From IMG/VR virus record IMGVR_UViG_3300021963_005763, positions 39,954 through 103,953 of that record: 64,000 bases of DNA. One strand, 5' to 3'. The DNA comes from a virus. Under the pieces are notes generated by a model. That model was not told where the DNA came from, did not search any database, and saw only the letters and a list, made by a program, of their open reading frames with translations. Below are positions 28,401 to 38,100 of this stretch, in pieces. The position numbers and the translations under genes are program-made. The stretch's first letter is position 1; every line of letters starts with the position of its first letter.

Positions 28401-29344
28401 CAGCAAGTTTAGGTCTAAGTGTGGGTCAATTACCTGCTCATATACAGGCTATGCGTCATTTAAATACCATTACAAATTTAATTGTCAGCAACAGCATAAT
28501 ACCAGCAAGTAGCGCAGGAACAGTTAAGATTTATCAAACTGGAACAAATACTACAACACAATATAGTAATTTATTGTTACAGGATGGTTCACAGGCCATA
28601 ACATTTATTAATTTAAGATTCAATGATATGATCAATATCATTGCTGCTCCTAATCTTACAAGTGCCGAGAACGTTGTTAGACAAAACAATAGAAATACTA
28701 CAGGACCAGCAGTACAAGGAGCAGGAGCGGCAGTTAGTCTTATTGAAAACAACATAGAATTTCTTGCAGATGAGGTCGCTGCATTCGTTGCTTACTATAA
28801 TTATGGTCCAGGTGGAAGCGGATTTTCTAGTTACTCTACATCCGTAAGAGAGCAAATCAGCGTAAAATGCCAAAGAGATGCCAAGATAATACTTCAACGA
28901 TTAATATATGATATTGAATCTGGTGGTAATTATAACATGGTCATGTCTGGTCTAAGTTATTGGAGACGTACTGGTACTTACCATATAGTGAGTTTAGGTG
29001 AAGGTGTTACTAGAACTGACTTATTCCCAGACGGAGCAACTGTAAATTTCTATCAAAGAAGTTACATGAGTGCCAGTGGTTATGTATTTGAATATGTAGG
29101 AGCTGGTATTGATTACGGAGCATTACCTCAACGTGGTGTAGCTGATCCGCAGCAAAGTAGAGAAGTAGTTCAATTAAATGCTGGTAAGGTATTCTTTACA
29201 TCAACTGATCAAAATGGTGATTTTAGAATTGGCCCAGGGCTAGTTATCAGTCAGGCTACTGGTGTTCTTAGCGGTAGAACATTTACAAGATCTTTGTTCG
29301 CCAATCTAACACCGTTTATATTGGCTATTGAGGCGGGCGGTTAA
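22412..29344 (+). CDS. Giant repeat-containing virion structural/adhesin protein (2310 aa)
   Basis: N-terminal 8-aa NxAG repeats; beta-helix-like start (LYVTMDGNDTNDG...ILVSAGHYLE); seven CxRD...GGN repeats. Confidence 0.7.
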   Translation: MPVNVLNIPGDYYITANNGLIQVKAGQSVTNQAGSYLLNTAGSYLRNNAGSFLENVAGTSLTNTAGTSLTNTAGTNLTNVASGILANSAGTNMTNNAGGNMVNVAVGNITNQAGGNLTNQVTGNFDNTISGNFNNVITGSILNLSNNNITNNAIGNISNVSQNFSIYADVIQLGENSADKINPVGLFNNNLVPDVDITYDFGTSLISWRKVYAEESYLKGTDNVDNPYLRPYNPADIYGTAAQRQAGAFYVAGGVGIEKDLNVGGFIYGRVETANTSLSINVTATNVDQVFYSTFAVNTGNQFLFIDNAGPFGGFTYNPSEGKLTVDRARVAQTDNSVSTMTGAFTITGGVGIGKDVYVGGNILPGAVNTGSLGKQDLEWYQGYIDNLYTKVIGSTASNLTVAPGSGMTDVFGDIRVRGTNPIGTAPVVRNTLYVTMDGNDTNDGRAMDASRACRTIGGALRSPYYQEGTQILVSAGHYLEDNPLPMKRYTSIRGSDIRTTFIEPINKTQDLFHVNSGCYLNYMTFLNGRSGLLEGPYEQGFNRGAYCTAFPPLSGDDRITLNQSPYIQNCTNQSGPWLKDGTMFIPNQTIQVPVAVGTGTWAANTTQIVVSVSTGTIELGMTINAGNQNPGFYDARTLLLANKGFIQEQVVTFVDQTFNSGNFSYDAIKCARDTGLIVESIAIDLLQNSDSDSIFAGLQYWRQDGFVDAIGNQITTTTNAIAYLRNITSATVATSTEKGIVFNRFNDILDVLNSGTTYTIELQNGTFSEWITNKIQSNYTGTTASSYLAAANAIISNKTTLTNQTIAYIQSTAPTFTFNTSTCRRDIGFILDSVVFDLLHGGNKQSIKSGVYYFQYTTGTSEVVAEVPQVQAAYRFMKGLVQNVVKGNVVVTKYQNTITQSVAGFNSATIYEADALADKIDIITGIIRDGPEDYYAVGKRVPILLTSNSSTAVQNAYNLLLANKQFIVAETIAYINSTSNFFDYNREKCRRDVGILVENIAYDATFGGNQKAVESGLAYFDGVISKISGQETQTISAIDYLASLAQKIIINDPCTDLLSGTGTYAQVINTALIGGGIAFDSIENLKNIITTIIDNGPDAAPVIYTSPGPDSAFVSAEILIQANRKFIQQETVNYINHVIIPATNPGYFPYSEIKCRRDTGLIIDSFAQDLLYYTNSHSQSTFAGLQYWGQDFYVGDIADQLNPTVEAIKYLKATAVKIIQNITPNDDLIARYQTVVAQNTTTYQAATLNEAAIISARFNEIIDIVSGNKTGWTDRIISNATASNIVSTINAYNNLLLHKNYLASEINAFVTATNFGFVYDAIKCGRDVGYMIDAVAFDLLHGGNRQSVQNGLYYYGFSTTSTNIYNETTQTVAAFNYLASIAGQVVRNQTVTARQTEVVQVFTTSTGTTSEATAITISVNTITSIITNGPGVAASPSAIAMTASSTATVIAAYDLLYANKSFLIEETIAYIDQTFNSGKFNYNEAKCFRDVGLILDAVTQDILLGGNSKSVEAGLSYWSNGYNSVGGQETTTTLALNRARDVALLVAANQTVTVTTGTIIPQIINTFFDYGYEYGPQEGITRNFGIINRIIENGPAYAPPVFKGGGLFSLVGINGADVNVTPKVVSVVQTGTNFRIGLDIPTIGFGTNATLYFGDTEIYPLRDYQVDELSFERTGNTSTWALRKIDQFGGMGGALIDGAVIADNSPIQSFVFDAYTQLTQGGRGVHIKNDGYAQLVSVFTIFSSIGVEVESGGIASIVNSNANFGNICLQANGFGRRKFTGHIYNPPYKAYPESPVGLVGSEGLNQYYPSGFWPNNAQVMVFLPDTADRPHISLVMEVEPPETVRDFTGQLTAQLNEQGFPGFLNANPTTGTLTTSTITLTGISTDGIFVGNAVYARDQFGRSTSTNLDVNGNYIQYIASGTVVTALGFNSITLNKPVQAGGSDPTNTTNSYNANYFDLYFCGNAYYTVLSSEIGSNPQYNTINQVIPDGENILSTASLGLSVGQLPAHIQAMRHLNTITNLIVSNSIIPASSAGTVKIYQTGTNTTTQYSNLLLQDGSQAITFINLRFNDMINIIAAPNLTSAENVVRQNNRNTTGPAVQGAGAAVSLIENNIEFLADEVAAFVAYYNYGPGGSGFSSYSTSVREQISVKCQRDAKIILQRLIYDIESGGNYNMVMSGLSYWRRTGTYHIVSLGEGVTRTDLFPDGATVNFYQRSYMSASGYVFEYVGAGIDYGALPQRGVADPQQSREVVQLNAGKVFFTSTDQNGDFRIGPGLVISQATGVLSGRTFTRSLFANLTPFILAIEAGG

Positions 29345-29355
29345 AAGGAAAAAAT

Positions 29356-29769
29356 ATGGCTCTTATACCATTAAATTCATTTAAAACAAAAACTACTGTA
29401 CTAACAACATCTAGTACCTATTTTAGTCCAACAATAGGAGGATCAACAAGTACAGTTTATACAGCACCAATTGGTGTTACTAGTATTATACTAATGGCGC
29501 AATGCTCTAACCTAACTAATAATACTCAATATGTTAGTTTTGTTCATCACAGAAATAGGCCTGTATTAGCAGATGCCCAAGGTAATGGTGCGCAGGCAGC
29601 TAATGTTGATAGTTATTTGGTTAAAGATTTTAGTATACCTGCAGGTGATGCTGGTACAGTGTTAAGTGGAAAATTAGTTTTAGAAAGTTTAGATAGTCTA
29701 AGAGCATATTCATTATCCAGTGGCACCGTTCAGTTGGTGCTGAGTATTTTAGAAACTGCTAACAATTAA
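29356..29769 (+). CDS. Small virion protein of the fibre module
   Basis: VYTAP.GVTSIIL...N and final LSILE pattern; fibre operon. Confidence 0.55.
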   Translation: MALIPLNSFKTKTTVLTTSSTYFSPTIGGSTSTVYTAPIGVTSIILMAQCSNLTNNTQYVSFVHHRNRPVLADAQGNGAQAANVDSYLVKDFSIPAGDAGTVLSGKLVLESLDSLRAYSLSSGTVQLVLSILETANN

Positions 29770-29780
29770 TTGAGAAATAT

Positions 29781-31466
29781 ATGCCAAGTTTATTAAGCGG
29801 ATCAGTACTAAGATCAGGAGGAAGCGGGCAGTTCCTTGACCTAGCCAGAGCTCAGCCTCAACTGCCTGCAACTCTAACTACACTTACTGGTTTCACGATT
29901 GCTACAGATGGTACCTTAATATCAACATATAGATCTAGCCTTGGGTTTGTAGAATTTTCTACTGCTTCGCTATATAGCGCATTACCAGAAGGTACAATTA
30001 GAATATTGGCTTCAGGTACTGCTTATCTATCAACAACTACTGCTACTGGGCTTCTTGTAGTACAAGGTGGTATAGGTGTAGGCGGCAATATGACCGTGGC
30101 CCAAGATATTCAAGTGAATGGTGTTACTGTAGGTCAAGGATATCAAGGTGTTAATAATATTGTTCTAAGAGGAATAGCTAATACAAACACATCTGTTTTA
30201 GAAAACGGCCAAAACAGTATTGCTATCGGATACGATGTGTTAACTGGTTTACTTACTGCTAATAAAAATATAGCAATCGGTAGAAAAGCACTTAGTTCAG
30301 GGACTAATATTAGTAATACGATAGCTATAGGTGATACAGCACTGGCTAGAATGGGTACGAATAATTACCCTTTCATTTCTACAATTTCAAATGTTACAAT
30401 TGTTCCAAGTACAAGTGTTACAAATATAACTAATACAACACCAATTCAAATTACAGCCGCTGCCCATGGCCTAAGCTCTGGTACTAAAGTGGTTCTCAAT
30501 GGAGTCATAGGTTTAGCTACTGCTACAGGAGCCCCTAGTGTAATCAATGGAACATCTTATTGGATAAGCTATATCAATGCCAATACTTTTAGTTTATATA
30601 ATAACAGAGCATTAACAATTCCTAGTAACGGATCTACAACAACCTTCAATGGAAGTATAGTATCGTTAACAAATTATATAAGTGGCGGAACCGTTGTAAG
30701 TCCTGTAAAAGTTAGTGTTAATACCTTTATTAATACTGGAACTGACATTTACATAGATGGCGTGGTAGGAACTACTCAACTTAATTTTAGACATTTCTAT
30801 GTAGATAATATCAATAGCACAACTATTGCCTTATACCAAAATAGTATTTTAGATCAACCAGAAGATTCAACCGGATACACTGCTTACAGTAGTAGTGGTA
30901 CAGTTTATAGATATGTTTATAATGATAATAACCTAGCGTTAGGTGTTAATTCAGCGCCAGTTTTAGAAAATGGGGCAAACAATTTCTTTTTTGGTAATAA
31001 CCTAGTAACATCAATGATAACAGGTAGTAACAATACCTTTATCGGACATAATGTAGGCGCTAACTTAGTCAATGTAAATGGTACTATAGCATTAGGCGGT
31101 GATAATTTGATCGATAATAGAGATAATCAGATCAATATCGGTAGTGTGTTTTACTATGATGGAGTAGGAAATACAGATATAAATTCAGATACTAGATTAG
31201 GATTAGGCACTGATTCAACAGGAACTGACACAGGCGCTTTAGTTGTAATTGGTGGAGCTGGTATTAAGGGTAAAGTATACAGCTATGGTAGCGGAGTACC
31301 TGACGAAAATTACGAACTATACACCCCAATAACTACAATTACTACTGGAACAGCACCGGCTAATCCTAGATTAGGAGATATTTGGATTAATACTAGTATT
31401 TTTGGTTATTTTCAGTATATACAAGATGGTACAAGCACCATATGGTTACAAATTGTACAACTATAA
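29781..31466 (+). CDS. Tail fibre-like protein
   Basis: GxLVVxGGxGxGG repeats and NIAIG-type trimeric beta repeats. Confidence 0.65.
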   Translation: MPSLLSGSVLRSGGSGQFLDLARAQPQLPATLTTLTGFTIATDGTLISTYRSSLGFVEFSTASLYSALPEGTIRILASGTAYLSTTTATGLLVVQGGIGVGGNMTVAQDIQVNGVTVGQGYQGVNNIVLRGIANTNTSVLENGQNSIAIGYDVLTGLLTANKNIAIGRKALSSGTNISNTIAIGDTALARMGTNNYPFISTISNVTIVPSTSVTNITNTTPIQITAAAHGLSSGTKVVLNGVIGLATATGAPSVINGTSYWISYINANTFSLYNNRALTIPSNGSTTTFNGSIVSLTNYISGGTVVSPVKVSVNTFINTGTDIYIDGVVGTTQLNFRHFYVDNINSTTIALYQNSILDQPEDSTGYTAYSSSGTVYRYVYNDNNLALGVNSAPVLENGANNFFFGNNLVTSMITGSNNTFIGHNVGANLVNVNGTIALGGDNLIDNRDNQINIGSVFYYDGVGNTDINSDTRLGLGTDSTGTDTGALVVIGGAGIKGKVYSYGSGVPDENYELYTPITTITTGTAPANPRLGDIWINTSIFGYFQYIQDGTSTIWLQIVQL

Positions 31467-31478
31467 TGAGACAGTAAC

Positions 31479-32516
31479 ATGGCAATATTAAATTTTCCTC
31501 CCAATCCTACGCCCGGACAAACATATACAGTAGGAAATAGAACTTACATATGGAATGGTCAAGCTTGGATAATCGGTCCAGTACCAGGAAATTTTTCTAT
31601 CATTACAGGTACAAACTTAGTTTTAACAACGACTACAAACGCTGTAAGTCTTACAACAGGTGGAGGACTTACTGTTTATGGCGGCGCTGCTATTGCCCAA
31701 GATTTGATATTAGGTGGAAGTTTAATTGGGTTAAGTACAGGTACAGGTGGCGGAGTAGGCGCTATTATTGCTCAAACCGGTACATTTCAAAGATTATTTG
31801 TTTTAGGGGGTATTGCTACTACTAGCACAAATTCGGGAGCATTGGTTGTTAATGGCGGAGTGGGCATAAGCGGTGATTTATTCATGGGCGGAACTATATT
31901 TGCCGGTGGATCTCCTGTACTAACTACTGCTAGTTTTAATAACTCAGTAGCAGATGGAATTGATATTGACATCGTTGATGTCGGTGGCGGTGTTTTAGAA
32001 TTTAACGATATTTCTACACTTCAATCTGTTACCGGTAGAGGTTTTACCACAACATATAGAATTAATATTACAAATGCTACTTCTAGTACAAATACTACCA
32101 CAGGTGCTCTAACAGTAATCGGCGGGGTAGGTATAGGCGGAAGATTGAATTCAGAAAGTGTAAAGATACAAGACACCGTTTTTGATTCTACAGTTCAAAC
32201 GGTAAATAGTGTAGTACCGACGGTTATAGATGAATTTTCGTTTGGAGAGTTTAGATCTGCCAAATATCTAGTACAAATAGATGAAGGCACATCAAGTTCT
32301 CAAAGATGTCAAGTAACGGAGTTACTAACATTGGTTAGTAACACAGGGAGCGTAATTTTAACTGAATATGGTTCTGTTGTTACAGATACAGATCTAGGTA
32401 ATTTTGATGCTATGACTACGGTGGTAGGATCAGAAACAATGGTTAGATTATTTTTTATAGCAACAGATACTGTGCCAAAAACTGTAAAGGTGATGAGAAC
32501 AGCGATGGCAAAATAA
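31479..32516 (+). CDS. Tail fibre-like protein
   Basis: FPPNPT.GQTY...W.WNG..W N-terminus; TGALxVxGGVGIGG repeats; C-terminal FRSAKYLVQ domain. Confidence 0.65.
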   Translation: MAILNFPPNPTPGQTYTVGNRTYIWNGQAWIIGPVPGNFSIITGTNLVLTTTTNAVSLTTGGGLTVYGGAAIAQDLILGGSLIGLSTGTGGGVGAIIAQTGTFQRLFVLGGIATTSTNSGALVVNGGVGISGDLFMGGTIFAGGSPVLTTASFNNSVADGIDIDIVDVGGGVLEFNDISTLQSVTGRGFTTTYRINITNATSSTNTTTGALTVIGGVGIGGRLNSESVKIQDTVFDSTVQTVNSVVPTVIDEFSFGEFRSAKYLVQIDEGTSSSQRCQVTELLTLVSNTGSVILTEYGSVVTDTDLGNFDAMTTVVGSETMVRLFFIATDTVPKTVKVMRTAMAK

Positions 32517-32528
32517 AGGAAGTGGAGC

Positions 32529-35090
32529 ATGCCTATATTTTCGCAGAGTAGGGATTTTGTAACTAAGAATGGTATTGTAACTGAAGGGACAGGTGTCGCA
32601 ACTAGTTCTACAGGTGGCAGTAATATCATTCAATCTGGAGGTGGTCTAGCGGCTGCTGGTAACCTTGTTGTCGGCACCTCAGCTACCATTTACAGTGAAT
32701 TAGTTGTTTATGGTACAACTACTACCGTTCAAACACTTAAAGCAACCATAGTTACAGCTACTCAAACTTCTACCTTTGTTGATTTATTTGTAAGAGATAT
32801 AACTGCTAGTGGTACAATCAGTGGTACTGTAACAGGGAATATTAATTCTGCAACAAATCTAGCTAACGGTACAGCTGGTCAAGTTCCATATCAGTCTGCG
32901 GTTGGTGTAACAGCCTTTGTAGGCGGAGCAGCCAGTGCAGGTAATGTTTTCGTAAGTAATGGAACAGCAGCACCTGCATTTAAGAACACATTAACACTGA
33001 CAGGTTCTACAGTTGCTTCAAACACCAATAGCGGTGCATTGGTAGTTCAAGGTGGTGTCGGTATTTGGGGGGCATTATATGTAGGAGGAAGTTTAACTGC
33101 AGCTAGTGTAGTAGGTACTAGTACTAATGCCATTACTGCCACAAATATTGCTTTAGGAACGGCGGGACAACTTCCATATCAAAGTGCTATAGGCGTAACA
33201 GCATTTACAGGTCCAGGAACCACAGGCGAAATTCTAGTCAGCAGGAACAGTTCAGGTCCTGTATTTCAAAACACTCTAACATTAGCAGGTACAACTTCCG
33301 CAACATCTACAAATTCAGGTGCTCTACAGGTAGTAGGAGGTGTAGGTATAGGTGGAGCCCTATATGTAGGTGGATCCATAACTGGGTCATTAACTGGTAC
33401 GGCTACAAGTGCTAATAACCTAACAGGTGGCGCAGCAGGCAGTATTCCTATTCAAAGCGCAAGCGGTACAACTGCTTATATTCCGTTAGGCCTAAACGGA
33501 TATATTCTCAGTGTTACAGCAGGTAACACGGCAACATGGGTAAGCACAGCAGGTCTAAGCGCAGGTAATGCTACAACTTCTAGTAACTTATTAGGTGGTA
33601 CAGCAGGTCAAGTACCTTATCAAAGTAGTCCTGGAATAACAACCTTTACTGGACCCGGCAGTGAAGGTGAAATCCTGGTCAGCAGAGGCACAACTGGCCC
33701 AATATACAGCAATACTCTAACTATTGGTGGTACAACAAATGCTACAAACAGTTATACAGGTGCTCTACAGGTTAGAGGTGGCATAGGTATTGTTAAAGAT
33801 TTATATGTCGGTGGTTTAGCAGGTATTGTAGGAAACGTAACCTTAGAAAGTTCAGGGGCAAGCACTGCTACAGGCGCCACAAATGCTCTTTTTGTCAAAG
33901 GTGGTGTTTATATAAATCGAACATTGGTAGTGAAAGATCAAGCTACCTTTGAAGGTGCTGTGGTATTTGCCGGAACAGCTACATATGCCTACAGTACTAA
34001 TACGGTTTTCAGTGACAACCTAATTAATATTCATGTACCACCCGGATCTACAGGTAGTAATCATACATGGACTTTAGATGATGGCAAAGATATTGGACAC
34101 ATATTTCACTACTACAAATCAGGACAAGATAAGGATGCGTTTTTAGGATTAGCCAATGACACCAGTTACCTAGAATGGTATGATAATGGAACTGAAAGTG
34201 GAGGTGTATTTACCGGTACAAGTTATGGTATATTTAAGACTGGTGGTATACGACTTGTCGGGGGTGTAGCTAATAATGGAGATGCTAGTTCTGGAGATCT
34301 TCAGATAACCGGTGGTGTAGGCATTGGAGGTAGAATATATGTTGGATCTACAGCGACATACAATGCTAGCATATTACCGACTAGCTCAAATGTTAACCTA
34401 GGTAGTGCTAGTCAAAGATTTGGAACATTATTCGTAACCAGCAGTACAATAGATATTGGCGGTGTGCCATTAGGCAGCGATGGTTCCAGTTTACTGCTAG
34501 CACCGGGTGCTAGATTTACTGCCACAACAGTGGCCAGTGCTACAAATACAGGTGCTTTACAAGTTGTAGGAGGTTTAGGTGTAGGAGGATCTGCTTATTT
34601 TGGTGGTAGCGGTAGTTTTGCCTCAACCTCAGCTTCAACCTCTCCCTCTACAGGCGCACTGGTTGTGTCAGGTGGCGCAGGCATAGGTGGTAACCTGAAT
34701 ATCACTGGTACTGCCGCATTTGGTACAACTTCAAGCAGTGCTGTAGTCATGGGCTATGTTACAAACAATTCAGCTTATGCTACCTATACAAGTCCTGCTA
34801 TCATTAATACTGTTCAACAAGTTTTAGATACTTTTAGCACTTCTACGTATAGAACAGCCAAATATACAATTCAAATTGTTGATGGTGCCAAGTTCCACGC
34901 ACAAGAATTATTATTGTTCCATGATAACACACAGATTTATAAAACTGAATACTCAATAATTTTTAACAATGCTGAACTAGGAACCTTTGACGCAGATATT
35001 TCAAGTGGTAATGCTAGATTATTATTCACTGCTGCCGCAGGTGTAAGTAGTCTTGTGGTCAAGTTAAATCGAACCACGATAACCTCTTAG
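32529..35090 (+). CDS. Tail fibre-like protein
   Basis: SGALQVVGGVGIGG and GTAGQxPYQS repeats; C-terminal YRTAKYTIQ domain. Confidence 0.7.
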   Translation: MPIFSQSRDFVTKNGIVTEGTGVATSSTGGSNIIQSGGGLAAAGNLVVGTSATIYSELVVYGTTTTVQTLKATIVTATQTSTFVDLFVRDITASGTISGTVTGNINSATNLANGTAGQVPYQSAVGVTAFVGGAASAGNVFVSNGTAAPAFKNTLTLTGSTVASNTNSGALVVQGGVGIWGALYVGGSLTAASVVGTSTNAITATNIALGTAGQLPYQSAIGVTAFTGPGTTGEILVSRNSSGPVFQNTLTLAGTTSATSTNSGALQVVGGVGIGGALYVGGSITGSLTGTATSANNLTGGAAGSIPIQSASGTTAYIPLGLNGYILSVTAGNTATWVSTAGLSAGNATTSSNLLGGTAGQVPYQSSPGITTFTGPGSEGEILVSRGTTGPIYSNTLTIGGTTNATNSYTGALQVRGGIGIVKDLYVGGLAGIVGNVTLESSGASTATGATNALFVKGGVYINRTLVVKDQATFEGAVVFAGTATYAYSTNTVFSDNLINIHVPPGSTGSNHTWTLDDGKDIGHIFHYYKSGQDKDAFLGLANDTSYLEWYDNGTESGGVFTGTSYGIFKTGGIRLVGGVANNGDASSGDLQITGGVGIGGRIYVGSTATYNASILPTSSNVNLGSASQRFGTLFVTSSTIDIGGVPLGSDGSSLLLAPGARFTATTVASATNTGALQVVGGLGVGGSAYFGGSGSFASTSASTSPSTGALVVSGGAGIGGNLNITGTAAFGTTSSSAVVMGYVTNNSAYATYTSPAIINTVQQVLDTFSTSTYRTAKYTIQIVDGAKFHAQELLLFHDNTQIYKTEYSIIFNNAELGTFDADISSGNARLLFTAAAGVSSLVVKLNRTTITS

Positions 35091-35163
35091 GGAGAAACCA
35101 GTCTATAGCATCATTAACTGGTTAAATATCGAGTTATAAGCCTGTAGGTGGAAAGGGAAACTG

Positions 35164-38100
35164 ATGGCATTGGATAAAGATTTTAAGGTCAAAAATGGAC
35201 TGGTAGTTGTATCTACACTAACCATCCAATCAACTTCACAGAGTATTTCAACAACCACAGGCGCTGTTCAAGTAGTAGGAGGCCTAGGCCTAGCAGGTAA
35301 TCTAATTGTAGGTGGTAATCAAAACACAGCGGGTATTTTTTCCGTTACTAATACCACCTTAGCGACATCAACAGCTACAGGTGCCTTACAAGTAGCAGGT
35401 GGAGTTGGTATTGGCGGTGACGTATGGATTAGAGGCCAACTAAACGTAGCAGGTGGTATCAATGCGGTAATTACTGGTACTATTTCTACTGCTACAAATA
35501 TTCAAGGCGGGACAGCAGGTCAATTACCATATCAAAGTAGTCCAGGAAACACTGGTTTTGCCGGGCCAGGAACAGCAGGGCAAATTCTAATCAGTGGAGG
35601 AACAAGCGGCCCTAGTTTTGTTAATACTGCTAGTTTTAAAGTTGGGTATGCTGATAGTGCCGACAAATGGACTACATCTAGGACATTAACCTTATCCGGT
35701 GACCTATCTGGAAGTGCTTCTTTTGACGGCAGTTCGAATATTACTCTTACAGCCACAGTGGTTACAGATTCAGTTGCGTTAGGCACTGACACTACAGGTA
35801 TATATGTTGCTCAAGGTAGTACTGCTGGGTTTGGTATTAGTGGTAGTGCTAATACAGAAGGATCAACATTTACAATAACATCTAATGCTACAAGTTCTAA
35901 TACTGTAAGTTCGTTAGTTTATAGGGATGCTTCTGGAAATTTTTCTGCTGGAACTATCACTGCTAGTTTAACAGGCAATGTAACAGGAAATTTAACAGGC
36001 ACAGCAGATAGTTCAACAAAATGGACTAGCTCACGAACATTGACTTTGGCCGGAGATTTATCTGGTAGTGCGTCATTTGATGGCAGTTCTAATTTTACTC
36101 TAACTGCTACAATTGCAAACGATAGTGTAGCATTAGGAACTGATACGACAGGTATATATGTAGCACAGGCAGCAACAAGTGGATTTGGTATCAGCGGCAG
36201 TGCTAATACAGAAGGTTCGAACTTTACCGTGAGTTCTAATGCTACGAGCTCTAATGTAGTAAGCACTATTGTTTTTAGAGACGCATCTGGTAATTTTAGA
36301 ACTAATGCTTTAAACATTGATTCTACTACAAACTCAAATGCTACTAATTCCGGAGCACTACAGGTAGCAGGAGGCGCTGGTATTGGCGGCAATTTGTATG
36401 TAGGTGGTACAATTGTTGCGCAACAATTGACTATAGAATATACCACTGTTACTACCACTCTTGTCACAACTGATGATATAATACAGACAACTAATACTTC
36501 TTCAGCTAGCTCAACATCTACTGGTGCGCTACGAGTATCAGGCGGGGTTGGAATTGGAGGTGCTGTATATATAGGAGCTACCAGTTTTATAGCTGGTTCA
36601 CAGATTGTAACAACTTCTACGCTTGGTACAGTTGGTGTTAGCAGCATTACTGCTGGTACAGATACTCAAGTATCGGCTAGTACAGGAGCCGTATCTATAT
36701 GGGGAACATCGACCTTACAAAGTGTTACTAATAGAGGATCGTCTACTAATAACGCAGTATCTATTACAAATACAACTACTGCATCATCTACAAATTCAGG
36801 AGCACTTCAGGTAGTCGGTGGTGTCGGCGTAGGCGGAAATTTATTCGTCGGTGGCAATGTAAATATACGTGGTGTTGCGACAGGAACTATTACCACTGCT
36901 ACAAATGTTGCTAACGGCACAGCAGGACAACTGGTCTATCAAAGTAGCCCAGGTGTAACAGCATTTGTTGGTCCAGGGGCAGCAGGACAATTACTATTAA
37001 GTGCTGGTACAGGTGCTCCTGTTTATTATAACACAGGAAGTCTTGTAGTAGGTTACAGTTCAAATATTTTATTAGGCACCGCAGGGCAGCTTTTATATCA
37101 AACAGCACCAGATGTTACAGGATTTGTTGGACCAGGAACAGCAGGTCAAATTCTGTTAAGTCAAGGTGCTAACATTCCTGTATATAGAAACACCAGTAGT
37201 CTATTGGTTGGATATAGTTCTAATATTTTTGGCGGTACTATAGGACAGATTCCTTACCAAAGCGCCCCAAATACTACATTATTTGTAGGACCTGGAACCG
37301 CAGGACAAATTTTAGTTAGCACAGGAGCTAGTGCCCCCCAATATCAAAACACTTTGACATTGGCAGGAACTACAGCAGCGACATCTACAAATTCTGGAGC
37401 ATTTCAGGTAGTAGGTGGTGTAGGTATTGGTGGAGCAGTATACATAGCAAATACTAGCTTTATTTCAGGCGCACAGATTTTAACCACTGCTACAGTGAAT
37501 TCATTTGTTACTTCAGGTGTTAGCTCTGTAACTGCCGGCACAGACACTCAGGTCAGCACTTCCACTGGAGCCGTATCTATATGGGGAACATCAACCTTAC
37601 AAAGTGTTACAAATCGAGGATCATCTACTAATAACGCAATATCTATAACAAATACAACCTCAGCTACATCTACAACAACAGGGGCTCTAATTGTAACCGG
37701 AGGTGCTGGATTTGGCCAGGACGTTTATATTGGTAGAACTCTGTCTGTAGGTGGTGCTGCAGGTGGAAGTATAACTGGTGTAACATATCTAACAGCAACT
37801 AATGTATTCGTAGATGGAACGACCGCAGCTACATCAACAAATACAGGTGCTTTACAGATTATTGGGGGTGTTGGAGTAGGAGGTAATCTATTTGTAGGCG
37901 GTAATCTTAATATACGGGGTATTGCCACAGGAACAATCACTACTGCGACCAATCTTGCAGGAGGCACACCTGGTCAAGTTCCTTATCAAACGGCAGCAGG
38001 TTTAACTTCTTTTTACGGGCCAGGTACTGCTGGAAATATTTTAGTTAGTAACGGAACAAGTGCTCCTAGTTATAATAATACTTTGACTCTTACAGGAGCA

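Noticed and set aside
35665-37660. Diversity-generating retroelement TR/VR pair
   Set aside because: Both copies are in-frame coding, differences are mostly synonymous and not adenine-specific, and there is no reverse transcriptase in the window
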